Below are positions 37,034 through 48,500 of a stretch of 64,000 nucleotides of DNA, piece by piece. The position numbers and the translations under genes were made by a program. The stretch lies in the NCBI GenBank assembly GCA_963739455.1, contig CAVUAK010000003.1:320001-384000 (forward strand), written 5' to 3'. Position 1 is the stretch's first letter. Every line of letters starts with the position of its first letter. The notes beneath the pieces are model-generated. The model searched no databases. It had not been told where the DNA came from and saw only the letters and a program-made list of their open reading frames with translations. The DNA is from an uncultured Gemmatimonadales bacterium. GTDB lineage: Bacteria; Gemmatimonadota; Gemmatimonadetes; Gemmatimonadales; GWC2-71-9.

Positions 37034-38974
37034 ATCACGACCACCGTTGCCGCCCCGGTCTGGACGCCGAAGGACGCCGAGAAGCTCTACAACATGAGCG
37101 GCTGGGGTCTCGGTTACTTCCGGGTGAACGCCGAGGGCCACGTCACCGTCCATCCCGACGGCGATCCCAAGCGTGGGCTCGATCTCTACCAGCTCGCCAC
37201 CGACCTCGATGCCCAGGGCGTGGGTCTCCCGCTGCTCCTGCGCTTCTCCGACATCCTCCGGTCGCGCATTGCCACCCTGGCGGGGCACTTCGCGCACGCG
37301 ATCAAGGAGTTCGGCTACGAGGGGCGCTACACCACGGTCTACCCGATCAAGGTGAACCAGCAGCGCCACGTGGTGCAGGAAGTCGTCGAGTTCGGTGAGG
37401 AGTTCGGTGTGGGCCTCGAGTGCGGCAGCAAGCCGGAGCTGATGGCCATCCTGGGCCTGAGCGATGCCAGCCATCACCTCATCGTCTGCAACGGCTACAA
37501 GGACGAGGAGTTCATGCGCCTGGCCATGATGGGCCAGAAGCTGGGCCATACCGTCATCATCGTCATCGAGCAGCTGAACGAGCTCGACGTGCTGCTCAAG
37601 GTCGCCAATGAGATGCAGGTGGAGCCGAGCGTCGGCGTGCGCATCAAGCTCTCGAGCGAGGGCTCGGGGCGGTGGGCGAAGAGCGGCGGGGAGAAGTCGA
37701 AGTTCGGCCTGTCGCCGGTGGAGCTGGTGCAGCTGCTCGACCGCCTCAAGGCGATGAACCGGATGAGCATCCTCAAGCTGGTGCACTTCCATCTCGGCAG
37801 CCAGATCACCGACATCCGCTTCGTGAAGGCGGGGCTCGACGAGGCCTGCCGCTACTACATCGAGCTGCGTCGCATGGGTTTCGAGGTGGGGTACGTGGAC
37901 GTGGGCGGTGGCCTGGGCGTCGACTACGACGGCTCACGCTCGACCCGCACCGCCAGCATGAACTACACCATGCGCGAGTATGCCAACGACGTCATCTACA
38001 CCCTGGGCACCGCCTGCCGCAGCGAAGAAGTGCCCATGCCCAATGTCATCTCCGAGTCGGGCCGTGCCATCACCGCGCATCACGCGCTGCTGCTCATCAA
38101 CGTCATCGATGTCGAGACGCTGAACGAGACCTCGGCGCCGGAGCTGGGCGACGATCCGCACCAGCTGCTGGTGGACATGAAGGAGAGCCTCGAGTCACTC
38201 ACCCTGGAGCGGGTGGCCGAGGTGTTCCACGACGCCATCTTCGCCAAGGAGCGCTCGCAGGAGTACTTCGGCAGCGGCATCTTCTCCCTGCGCGATCGCG
38301 CGCATGCCGAGCAGCTCTATCTCTCCACGCTTGGCCGGCTCGCCGAGGTCATCGCCGAGGATCCCACCGCCTATCCCGAGATCGCGACGCATCTCGAGGG
38401 AGCGCTGGTCGATCGCTACTTCTGCAATTTCTCGGTCTTCCAGTCGCTGCCCGACAACTGGGCCATCGACCAGCTCTTCCCGATCATGCCGATTCACCGG
38501 CTGCTCGAGAAGCCCAATCGCCGTGGCACCATCCAGGACGTCACCTGCGATTCCGACGGCGTCATCGATCGCTTCGCGGGCGGGCGCAAGGGTAAGCCGA
38601 GCCTCGAGCTGCATCGCTGGGAGGAATCCCAGACGTACATCCTCGGCATCTTTCTCACCGGGGCTTACCAGGAAATTCTCGGCGACCTCCACAACCTGTT
38701 CGGGGACACCAACGCGATCCACGTGCGCCTGAAGAATGGCGGCTACGAGATCACCGACCTGGTGCATGGGGATACCGTCACCGAGGTGCTCAACTACGTG
38801 CAGTTCCACGCCTCCGATCTCCTGGCCACCTTCCGTCGCAAGGTGAGCGCGGCGAAGGACCTGTCGCGCCAGGATTCCAACACCTTCATCGCCGACTACG
38901 TGGCGGGGCTCGAGGGCTACACCTATCTCGAGGGCGACATGTCGGTGCCCGCATCGGCACCAGCGCCAGGCTGA
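37034..38974 (+). CDS. speA: Biosynthetic arginine decarboxylase
   Basis: YPIKVNQQ (PLP Lys), GLECGSKPEL, HFHLGSQI, DVGGGLGVDYDG, ESGRA, NFSVFQSLPD, TCDSDG. GAGGAGG at 37022 precedes in-frame ATC at 37034. Confidence 0.95.
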   Translation: MTTTVAAPVWTPKDAEKLYNMSGWGLGYFRVNAEGHVTVHPDGDPKRGLDLYQLATDLDAQGVGLPLLLRFSDILRSRIATLAGHFAHAIKEFGYEGRYTTVYPIKVNQQRHVVQEVVEFGEEFGVGLECGSKPELMAILGLSDASHHLIVCNGYKDEEFMRLAMMGQKLGHTVIIVIEQLNELDVLLKVANEMQVEPSVGVRIKLSSEGSGRWAKSGGEKSKFGLSPVELVQLLDRLKAMNRMSILKLVHFHLGSQITDIRFVKAGLDEACRYYIELRRMGFEVGYVDVGGGLGVDYDGSRSTRTASMNYTMREYANDVIYTLGTACRSEEVPMPNVISESGRAITAHHALLLINVIDVETLNETSAPELGDDPHQLLVDMKESLESLTLERVAEVFHDAIFAKERSQEYFGSGIFSLRDRAHAEQLYLSTLGRLAEVIAEDPTAYPEIATHLEGALVDRYFCNFSVFQSLPDNWAIDQLFPIMPIHRLLEKPNRRGTIQDVTCDSDGVIDRFAGGRKGKPSLELHRWEESQTYILGIFLTGAYQEILGDLHNLFGDTNAIHVRLKNGGYEITDLVHGDTVTEVLNYVQFHASDLLATFRRKVSAAKDLSRQDSNTFIADYVAGLEGYTYLEGDMSVPASAPAPG

Positions 38975-38997
38975 CGCGGCCGCAGGGTCACAGCAAG

Positions 38998-39030
38998 AAG
39001 GGGCGGGCCTTTGCGGCCCGCCCCTTTGCT
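38998..39030. terminator. Bidirectional intrinsic terminator (speA / gltA side)
   Basis: AAGGGGCGGGCC-tttgc-GGCCCGCCCCTT with T-rich flanks on both strands. Confidence 0.8.
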
Positions 39031-39036
39031 TTGGAT

Positions 39037-39180
39037 ACCGTCGTCGTCAAATCCACTGGAGCGATCCCGGCGTACCTCAAGTGTCGAACTGATGGCCCTG
39101 GCTGCTCAGGTGGGCCAGGTCGTGAGCGGGGGAGCGCCGGATGGCCTCCTCCAGGACATCCGTGACTTCCACTGCACGGC
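39037..39180 (-). ncRNA. Candidate rod-shaped structured RNA (6S-like or unknown); strand tentative
   Basis: Nested complementary blocks CCGT/ACGG, GTCA/TGAC, CTGGAG/CTCCAG, ATCCCGGCG/CGCCGGAT, TGGCCC/GGGCCA across a non-coding gap. Confidence 0.4.
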
Positions 39181-39208
39181 TTGCGGCCTGTGCCCACCCC
39201 CAGCGCTG

Positions 39209-40499
<1,291 letters not shown>

Positions 40500-40541
40500 G
40501 CGAACTCCTCACGGCTGGATGATCACGCTAAGATAATATCC

Positions 40542-41377
40542 TTGCCACTCTCACTTTCCTCACGGGCCTCGGGCCTCCTGCTCGGCCAGGTCGCAGCCGC
40601 CGGTTCGGGCCAGCCGCCCGCGCGGGGCCCCGGCGCGTCTGGCGCTTGCCCGGATCCTTGGCGAAGTGCTGCTCGTTCCCGACCCAGACCTCGCTGCACT
40701 GGCTCGACGCTGGGCGGCCGCGGCCCCGGACGATGCCTCCCTCGACGCCGGATCCCTCGCCGGATTTGCGCACCTGCGGGAGACCGGCGTGCCGCGTGAG
40801 GCGGCGCCGGCAGGGGAGCAGCCGACGCTGCCGCCGCACCTCATTCCGGTGGCGCTTGCTCGCCTTCGACAACCCGCGCACCCTCACCAGCCTCACCTGG
40901 CACCTCGCGGTGCTGACTCATCCCGACCCCGAATCCACCTGGGGCGCGGTTGCCGTGAATGTCGCCGCCGCCCGCCTGCTGCAGGGCCATCGCGACTTCG
41001 TGCCCGACGTCATCGAGGCCCTGCGCAACAACGAGGCGCCCACCCTGCTGCTCGAGACTGTTCGCCGGCTGCCGCTCCTCCGGCGCGAGAACATTGACGG
41101 CCTCGCCGGCTCGACGTCACCGGCCATTGGTGCCACCTGCGCCGCGCTGTGGGCGGCCCACACCGAGCCGCGCACCAGCACGGCCATCGAGTGGCTCGAG
41201 CGGCTCCCTGCGCCCGTGGCGGCGTCGGCGGCAGCCGCTGGTGCCGGGCTCCTTGGCGCGCGGGACGGCATCGAGGCGCTGCGGATCGCCCTCGGTGAGC
41301 GCGGCGTGGACCTGAACGCGCTCAAGCGGCTGTCCGACCAGCTCGCCCGGATCGCGGCGCCCGACGGGCGCGCGTGA
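40542..41377 (+). CDS. Degenerate ADP-ribosylglycohydrolase (DraG/ARH-fold) protein (two frameshifts)
   Basis: SRASGLLLG (cf. DRxxGxLLG), LAALARRW, LTHPDP..GAVAVNVAAA, AGLLGARDG; acidic TDD/DxD motifs not found. Confidence 0.55.
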
Positions 41378-42852
41378 CGCGGACAAACACTGGAGTGCTG
41401 GTGCTGCTGCTTGCCGCGGCAGTGCGACTGGCTGTGGCAGCGGTTGTCCCGCTTCATCCCGACGAGGCCTACTACTGGGAATGGTCCCGGCACCTCTCGG
41501 CCGGCTACTTCGACCATCCTCCCGTCATTGCCTTCCTCATTCGCGCCGGCACGCTGTTGCTGGGCGACACCCCGCTCGGCGTACGATTCTGGCCGGTGCT
41601 CTGCGGCCTCGCCGGTGGATGGGCCATCATGCGGCTCGCGTCCAACCTCGCCGACCGCGCCGCGGGTGACGGTGCCGCACTGGCCTTCGTGGCGCTCCCA
41701 GTCATGTCGGGCGTCTTCCTCCTGGCCACACCCGACGCACCCCTCCTCGCATTCGTCGCACTCGCCCTGCTTCGCGGTAGAGCGCGCGATGGCATCGGCG
41801 ACGCCGACGGCCTGGTGGCTCGCAGCCGGGGTCGCGACCGGGCTCGCCATGGCATCCAAGTACACCGGGATTGTCCTGCCGCTCGGACTCCTCGCCGGCA
41901 TGCCTGGCATCTGCTTCGTCGCGTCGTGTGCTGCGGACGCCCGGTCCCTGGCTCGCGGTGCTGGTCGCAAGCCTGGTGATGCTGCCGGTGCTGCGCTGGA
42001 ACGCGCTGCACGACTGGAGCTCGTTCCGCTTCCAGCTGGAGCATGGCCTCGGGCAATCCGGTGGGCGGCGCGGCGTGGCGCCGTGAACTGGAGCTGCTCG
42101 GCGGACAACTGCTGCTGGCGTCGCCAGTGCTCTTTGTGCTCGGTGTGGTCGCGGTGCTGCGGGCCGCGCGTGGTGCTGATCGAGTACAGCGAGTACTGGC
42201 AGCCGTTGCGATCACCACCGCAGCGCTCTTTGCATACAGCGCGCTGCGTCGGCGTGTGGAGGCCAACTGGCCAGCGCTGGCCTGGGTGCCGATCGCCGCA
42301 CTCCTCGGAACGAGCCGGTTCGCCGGCGCATCGCAGCTGTGGCGCCGCGTCGGCCTGGCGATGGGATTCATCGGTACCGCGGCACTGTATCTCCAGTCCG
42401 TAACACCCGTCGTTCCCCTCGCTGCGCGTCGCGATCCGACGTCGCGCGCCTACGGCTGGGCCGATCTCGCCACCGCGGTCGACACCACGCTCGGTGCCGC
42501 CCAGCGGCGGCCGTGGGTGGCGGCCGACCGCTACCAGGATGCCGCCGAGCTCGCCTTCCTGCTGCCGGCCCATCCCGCCGTCTTCTCCCTGAACTTGGGC
42601 GGCCGCGACAACCAGTACCGTTACTGGCCCGCCTTCCGCGACAGCGCGCAGGCGGGCGACGACCTGCTGCTGGTCCTCGCCGACCGCTCCGACGACGACC
42701 CGGAACCCGTCATCGCGACCCTCGCACCCCTCTTCGCTTCGGTGGAAAAGGGCGAGCGGGTAGTCATGCGCCGGGGCGCCGCCCAGGTCACCTCCCGACG
42801 TCTCTGGTTGCTACGCGACTGGAGGGGCGCGTGGCTGCCGCCGCCGCAGTAG
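41374..42852 (+). CDS. GT-C glycosyltransferase family 39 (ArnT/PMT_2-like), multiple frameshifts
   Basis: PDEAYYWEWSRHL..GYFDHPP, TPDAPL, GLAMASKYTG, WNALHDWSSFRFQ, VEANWP. Confidence 0.82.
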
Positions 42853-42883
42853 ATTCTTCGCCCATCCCTATCCCTATCGGACC

Positions 42884-44431
42884 ATGAAGACACGCTCTCT
42901 CCTCACATTGCTCGTCCTGTCGCTGCCGCTCGCATCACTGCGCGCCCAGACTGCTACTGCACCTGCGCCCGTCATCACGGTGGACACCGCCGGCGTCGGT
43001 GCCGTGCTCGACCAGGCGCTGAACCATTCGGAGGTCATGCAGAACCTGGCCTACCTCTCGGACATGATCGGCCCGCGGCTCAGCGGATCGCCGGCAATGA
43101 AGCGAGCCAATGAGTGGACCATGGAGCGCTTCAAGGCTTACGGGCTCACGTCGCACCTCGAGTCCTACATGTTTGGGGTGACGTGGGAGCGCGGCGACGC
43201 CTCCCTCAAGCTGGTGCAGCCGTTCCCGCACACCATCACGGCGCACAGCTGGGCCTGGACCGCCGGTACCAACGGCAAGACCCTCACCGGCGAAGTGATC
43301 CGCATCAATGGCATGCCGGGCGACAGCCTGAACGCCTACTTGCCGAAGGTGAAGGGCAAGTGGGTCATGCTGAATGATCCCGCGAGCATCTGGAATCCCG
43401 ATGGCCCGGCGATGACCGCCGCCGATTCGCAGGCAGCGAAGGAAGCGCAGGAAAAGCGTCAGGCCGCGTTCCCACGGCCGACGGACCCGAAGGCGATCCA
43501 GGAATTCCGTCAGGCAGCGTATGATCGCGCCTGGCGCCTCAAGGCGGCCGGTGCCCTCGGCGTCCTGACCGATGGCTCGAAGGAACTGGGCCTGATGAAC
43601 ATGAGCGGCTCGCCGAACTCGGTGAGCCCGCTGCCGAACCTCGTCATCTCGCATGAGGACTACGCCACGCTTGATCGCCTCATCAAGCGCGGCAACCCAC
43701 CGGTCGTCGCCGGCAATGTGACCAACACCTTGGGCACCAAGCCGGTGGAGCAGTGGAACACCATCGCCGAGATCAAGGGCAGCGAGAAGCCGGACGAGGT
43801 CGTCATCCTCGGCGCGCATCTCGACAGCTGGGACCTCGGCACCGGCGTCACCGACAACGGCACCGGGTCGATGGTCGTGCTCGAGGCCGCCCGCGCTATC
43901 GCGCAGTCGGGCGTGAAGCCAAAGCGCACCATCCGCTTCATCCTGTTCAGCGGTGAGGAGGAGGGCTTGCTGGGTTCCGCTGCCTACGCGGCGCAGCACG
44001 CTGCCGAGGCCGACAAGATTCAGGCGGTGCTGGTGCTCGACAACGGGACCGGCATGATCACGGGGCAGGCACTGCAGGGGCGGCCGGAGTTCCAGCAGTT
44101 GTGGACCGACCTCCTGGCGCCGGTCACCTCACTGGGCGCCAAGACGGTGCGCGATGCCAACAAGGGCGGCACCGATCACCTGTCGTTCATTCCGTATGGC
44201 GTGCCCGGGTTCAACTTCGACCAGGAAACCCGCGGCTACAATCACACGCACCACTCGCAGGTGGATACCTACGATCATGCGGTCCCGGGTGACCTGATCC
44301 AGGCATCGGCGGTGATGGCGGTGACGGCGCTTCAGCTGGCGAACCTGCAGGACCTGCTGGCGCGTGGACCGAAGAAGGATGTGACGCCGCCGGCGCCGAT
44401 GAAGCCGTCGCCGGGAGTAGCGATGAAGTAG
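42884..44431 (+). CDS. Secreted M28-family peptidase (carboxypeptidase Q-like, PA insert)
   Basis: Signal peptide, IGPRLSGS, GAHLDSWD, TDNGTG, GEEEGLLGS, GTDH, HHSQVDT. Confidence 0.9.
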   Translation: MKTRSLLTLLVLSLPLASLRAQTATAPAPVITVDTAGVGAVLDQALNHSEVMQNLAYLSDMIGPRLSGSPAMKRANEWTMERFKAYGLTSHLESYMFGVTWERGDASLKLVQPFPHTITAHSWAWTAGTNGKTLTGEVIRINGMPGDSLNAYLPKVKGKWVMLNDPASIWNPDGPAMTAADSQAAKEAQEKRQAAFPRPTDPKAIQEFRQAAYDRAWRLKAAGALGVLTDGSKELGLMNMSGSPNSVSPLPNLVISHEDYATLDRLIKRGNPPVVAGNVTNTLGTKPVEQWNTIAEIKGSEKPDEVVILGAHLDSWDLGTGVTDNGTGSMVVLEAARAIAQSGVKPKRTIRFILFSGEEEGLLGSAAYAAQHAAEADKIQAVLVLDNGTGMITGQALQGRPEFQQLWTDLLAPVTSLGAKTVRDANKGGTDHLSFIPYGVPGFNFDQETRGYNHTHHSQVDTYDHAVPGDLIQASAVMAVTALQLANLQDLLARGPKKDVTPPAPMKPSPGVAMK

Positions 44432-44573
44432 CTAGTTCGTCTCGCCGGTGACGCCGGCGAGCTTCTTCTTGACCTTCGCGACCTGCGGCTGAAGCACAGG
44501 ATCTGCTTCACGCCGCAGGTCGATGTATTTCTGGTAGTACTCAGCAGCTTTCGCGCGATCACCCTTGTCGGCG
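44420..44573 (+). repeat. Direct repeat copy A (duplicate at 45587-45743)
   Basis: Shares GCGATGAAGTAGC and ~140 nt with about 10 mismatches (manual count). Confidence 0.9.
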
Positions 44574-44585
44574 CTGAGGTTGGCG
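44432..44585 (-). pseudogene. Orphan 3' remnant of a kinase-TPR gene
   Basis: Reads ANLSADKGDRAKAAEYYQKYIDLRREADPVLQPQVAKVKKKLAGVTGETN*, near-identical to the C-terminus of 45602..48500; no start codon. Confidence 0.8.
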
Positions 44586-45560
44586 CTAGGGACCCAGCGC
44601 CACCACCGACACGAGCACGAGCGCCATGCCGGGCTGGGCCGTCAGCAGGTACTCGATGGTGTTCGGCTCGGTGTAGGGCGCGGCGGGAATCCGAATGGCC
44701 ACGGTCGCGGGCTGCGTGGGATCGGCCGCCATCACCGCCCGCGTGACATTCGAGGAAGCGGTGATCCACTCGTTGCCGACATAGAGCTCGTCCGTGGTCC
44801 AGGTCGCCGCGGTGTCGGTGCCCGCCACCGTGACGGGCTGCTCCAGGTGGACAACCCACTTGGCATCGAAGGGCAGGCCCGTCGGCACCCGGGGCACCAC
44901 GAGGCGCGGCACCCGGTCCACGAGCCGGCCGGTCTGCTTCGCGATGAGCATGGCCGCCGTCTCTGGAGTGACGGACACGCCGCTCTGCCAGCCGAGTGGG
45001 AGTCCCCGCCAGAGGAACTCGTCGCCGCGCGGCCCGAACGCCGGCGACCCAAAGACGCCCACGCTGTCCAGCGAGAGGTTGGTCGCATAGGCCGCGACCG
45101 CGATGGCGATCGTCGGCGTGCGACCGCGGCAGAAGGTCACGATCCAGCGCGGCCCGAAGAGCCAGTGGGCATAGGGCAGCACTGTGGCAGGGACCACCGC
45201 ATTGGGCTGCTCGGCCCAGACCTGGCCACACACGCTGAGGTTGGAGAGCGGCACGTGCCGCTGGGCCGTCTCATCCAGGAAGCCCTGCACCATGGGCATC
45301 AGGATGGTACTCGCCCAGACGGCGAGTGCCTGGGTCTCCTCCCGACCAAGATGGGGATTGGTATCGACCACCTCCGGAAGGAGGAAATGCCCGTCGGCGT
45401 CGATCTGCGCTGCCAGCTCGGGTGTGACGGCCGCCAGGAGCGCCGCACGCGGATCCACGGGGTCAGCCGTGTCGGAGCAGCCCGCCGCGAGGACCAGTGT
45501 TACGCCCAGCACGACAAGCAGCCGAGGCCAGCTGGGCACCACCGGTGACGATCCGTCCAC
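44586..45560 (-). CDS. Hypothetical lipoprotein
   Basis: 324-aa ORF with hydrophobic signal and lipobox LAAGC; no family recognised. Confidence 0.65.
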   Translation of the reverse strand: MDGSSPVVPSWPRLLVVLGVTLVLAAGCSDTADPVDPRAALLAAVTPELAAQIDADGHFLLPEVVDTNPHLGREETQALAVWASTILMPMVQGFLDETAQRHVPLSNLSVCGQVWAEQPNAVVPATVLPYAHWLFGPRWIVTFCRGRTPTIAIAVAAYATNLSLDSVGVFGSPAFGPRGDEFLWRGLPLGWQSGVSVTPETAAMLIAKQTGRLVDRVPRLVVPRVPTGLPFDAKWVVHLEQPVTVAGTDTAATWTTDELYVGNEWITASSNVTRAVMAADPTQPATVAIRIPAAPYTEPNTIEYLLTAQPGMALVLVSVVALGP

Positions 45561-45586
45561 AGAAGAGTCTTTCCGTGCGGGGTGTC

Positions 45587-45743
45587 GCGATGAAGTAGCG
45601 GTTACTTCGTCTCGCCGGTGACACCGGCGAGCTTCTTCTTGACCTCCGCGACCTGCGGCTGAAGCACAGCATCTGCTTCACGCCGCAGGTCGATGTATTT
45701 CTGGTAGTAGTCAGCCGCCTTCGCCCGGTCGCCCTTCTCGGCG
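45587..45743 (+). repeat. Direct repeat copy B
   Basis: See copy A; covers a GVAMK-stop-like segment plus the 3' end of the kinase-TPR gene. Confidence 0.9.
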
Positions 45744-48500
45744 GCGATGTCACCCTGCCGCACCAGCAGCGCCGGCATCTCGCGCCAGTCTGTGTTCAAT
45801 CGCGCGCGGCTCGTGCTGGTCAGGTAGCGATCGCCCCAGAAGGAGGCCGAGTCGGTGTTGCCGGCTGCATCGAAGGCTCGCGCCATCGCTGCGGCAAAGC
45901 AGGGAAAGCAGGTGGCGTTGTTCGCAAAGCTTTCCCGGAACCGCGCAATTGCCTCAGTGGGCTTACCCTCGAGCAAGGCAATCTCCCCGAGCGCGGCGGC
46001 GCGCGTCTCTACGGCATCGCGCAGCTGGATGGAGTCGAGGGCACTGGCCTCCTCGCTGAGAAGGCTGCGCGCGCGGGTGGCATCACCCAGGCGAGCGTAC
46101 CGGGCCGCGAGGTCGGTGTAGGGTCGTTCGGCCGGGAGCGCGGACTTGAACGGGCCAGCGGCGATGGCCGAATCCAGGAGCGTACGGCCGGTTCGGGGGT
46201 CACCGGTACGCATCGCCTCCACTTCGGCCAGGACGCCCGCAGCACGGTAGTAGTCCGGTGCCCGGCCTCGCGTCGCTTCGAAGCTCAGCGCCTGCCGGCC
46301 CAGCTCGTTCGACTCTCGCAGGTGGCCCTCGAGCGCCGGCGCCCGGCTCGCGAAGGTGAGCGCGAGTGAGCGGAGCATCGGAGGGGTTTGCGCATCCTGA
46401 CCAATCTGCAGCGCCAGTCGTTTCGCGTCGGCTCGCCTTCCCTCGGAATAGGTGACCATGACGTCGGTACTCTGGAGCGAGCGGTCGGCGGGATAGCGCG
46501 CGAGGCCCTCCACTACCATGGCCCGCGCCGAGTCTATCTGGTCGGCATCGAGCCACGACATCGCGGCATTCCGGTATCTGCCGGGCCCGAGAGCGCTGCC
46601 GGAATCGTGGACGACGCGGCTCATCATGATGGCAGCATCACGGTACTGGCCCTGATCCTCCAGGAGGATCGACAGGTTGTTGTTGGCCGTGGCATCGAGG
46701 GAATCGATCTCCAGCACCGAGCGGTAGGCCGCGATGGCGCGCGGTGTATCGAATACCGCCGACGTGTAGTAGCTGCCGTCAGTGAGGTATCGCTCCAACT
46801 CCGTGAGCCGGTCCCGGTGGGCGAAGGCCTGGCGCAGCGGCTCCACCGCCTGGGCCCTGTCACCAATGTTGCTATACGCGACACCCATCTTGCGCCACGC
46901 CATGGCGAACGCCGTGTCGATGGTCACCGCTTCCTTCAACAGGACGATGGCGCGCTCGTAGTCCTCGCGCTCGAAGGAATTCTGCGCCTGGGTGTACTTC
47001 TGCAGCGCCAGCATCGAGGCCGTCGTCACCTGCTGCATCGGCGGGCTGGCTCGCACGTTCTTGAGCGACTCGCCGATGCGCCGCCGCAGTTCCTTGGAGG
47101 CCCGGTCGAGCGCGGGGAGCAATTCGTTCTGGCTGGCGGCAGTTTCGCGGAACGCCGCCAGGTCGTCGCCCGACTCGGCGGAGATGAGCCGCAAGGTCAC
47201 GACGTACTGTCCCGCCACCGGTTCGGCTCGTCCTACCACTACCGCCTTGGCCCCGGTCCGGATCGCAACCTCACGCGCCACGACGGCATCGGGATCCGAC
47301 TCGACGGGGCGCCGCATCATCGTCAGCGCGCTTTTCACCTGCGACGTCGGCACCAGAGTCAGCACGCCCGACTGCCCGAGATCGATGCGCAACGCCTCGG
47401 TGAGGGCGCCACTCATCCCGGAATCGCCCACCACATCAACTCGTGCCAGCATCACCGCGTCGCGAGAAGTGAACTTTCCTTCGGCGACCAGTGAGCGTGG
47501 GCCCAGCACCCCAGTGCCCCAGAGTCCGGCGAGCACCACGACCAGCGCCGCCGCCCCAGCGGCAAACGGAACCCAGCGCGGGCGCCCCTTCGTGGCGAAC
47601 GATCCGCTCGCGAGAGTGCCCGGCTGCGGAGTCGGGCTGCACGACCTGTTCGAGTTGCCGCAGCAGGTCGCTTGCGCTCACGGGGCGGCCTGCGGGGTCC
47701 TTGGCGAGACAGCGGCGAACGAGTGGCGCCAGCGCAGGAGGCAGGTCACTGCGGAGTGTGTCGAGCGACGGCGCTTCCTGCGTGAGGTGCGCGGCGAGAA
47801 CTGACTGTGCGGTCGGTCCGGTGAAGGGCGCCTTTCCGCCGAGCATCTCGTGCACCGTGGCACCAAGCGCGTAGATGTCGGCCGCCGGGCCGACGTTCGG
47901 GTCGCCGGTGACCTGCTCGGGCGACATGTAGGCCGGCGTACCAATCACCATCCCGACGCTTGTGGCCGTCAGCGCTGGGTCCGTCGAGTTGGCGGAACTC
48001 AGCGCCTTCGCCACACCGAAGTCGGCCACCTCGGCGTGACCACCCGAGAGCAGGATGTTGTCGGGCTTGATGTCACGATGAACCACGCCCTGGCCATGAG
48101 CGTAGGCCAGCGCGTCCGTGACTTCGCGGAAGATGCGCAGCGCTTCGGCGGGCTGGAGCTTGCCGTCACGAGCCAGGCGGGCGCGGAGCGACTCACCATC
48201 CACCAGCGGCATGGTGTAGTAGAGCAGCGTCTGGTCGCCGTCGAGCTTCACCTCACCGGCGGCGAGCAGTGGCACGATGTGCGGGTGGTGCAGCCGTGCG
48301 GCGAGCTGGATTTCCCGGCGGAAGCGGTCGGCGCTCACGCCGGCCGCGAGTTCCGGCGCCAGGAACTTGATCACCACTTTTCGGTTGAGCGCCGTCTCCG
48401 TTGCCACGAAGACGCGACTCATCCCGCCTCCCCCAAGCTCACGCTCGAGTCGGTAGGCGTCTCCCAGCGCTGCCTGTATCTGGGTCTGGAGGTCGCTCAA
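45602..48500 (-). CDS. Ser/Thr kinase - TM - TPR protein, copy 1 (frameshift ~47640)
   Basis: [29 protein letters not shown] (ORF 47436..48500); shifted frame has a TM helix, then AFAMAWRKMG and TPR repeats (ORF 45602..47539). Confidence 0.88.

Noticed and set aside
39037..39180. SRP RNA or tRNA
   Set aside because: Lacks the SRP CAGG..GRAA..AGCA domain IV arrangement and tRNA T-loop/cloverleaf features.
44432..45743. Diversity-generating retroelement (TR/VR pair at a gene 3' end)
   Set aside because: Mismatches are not adenine-specific on either strand, and no reverse transcriptase is present in the window.
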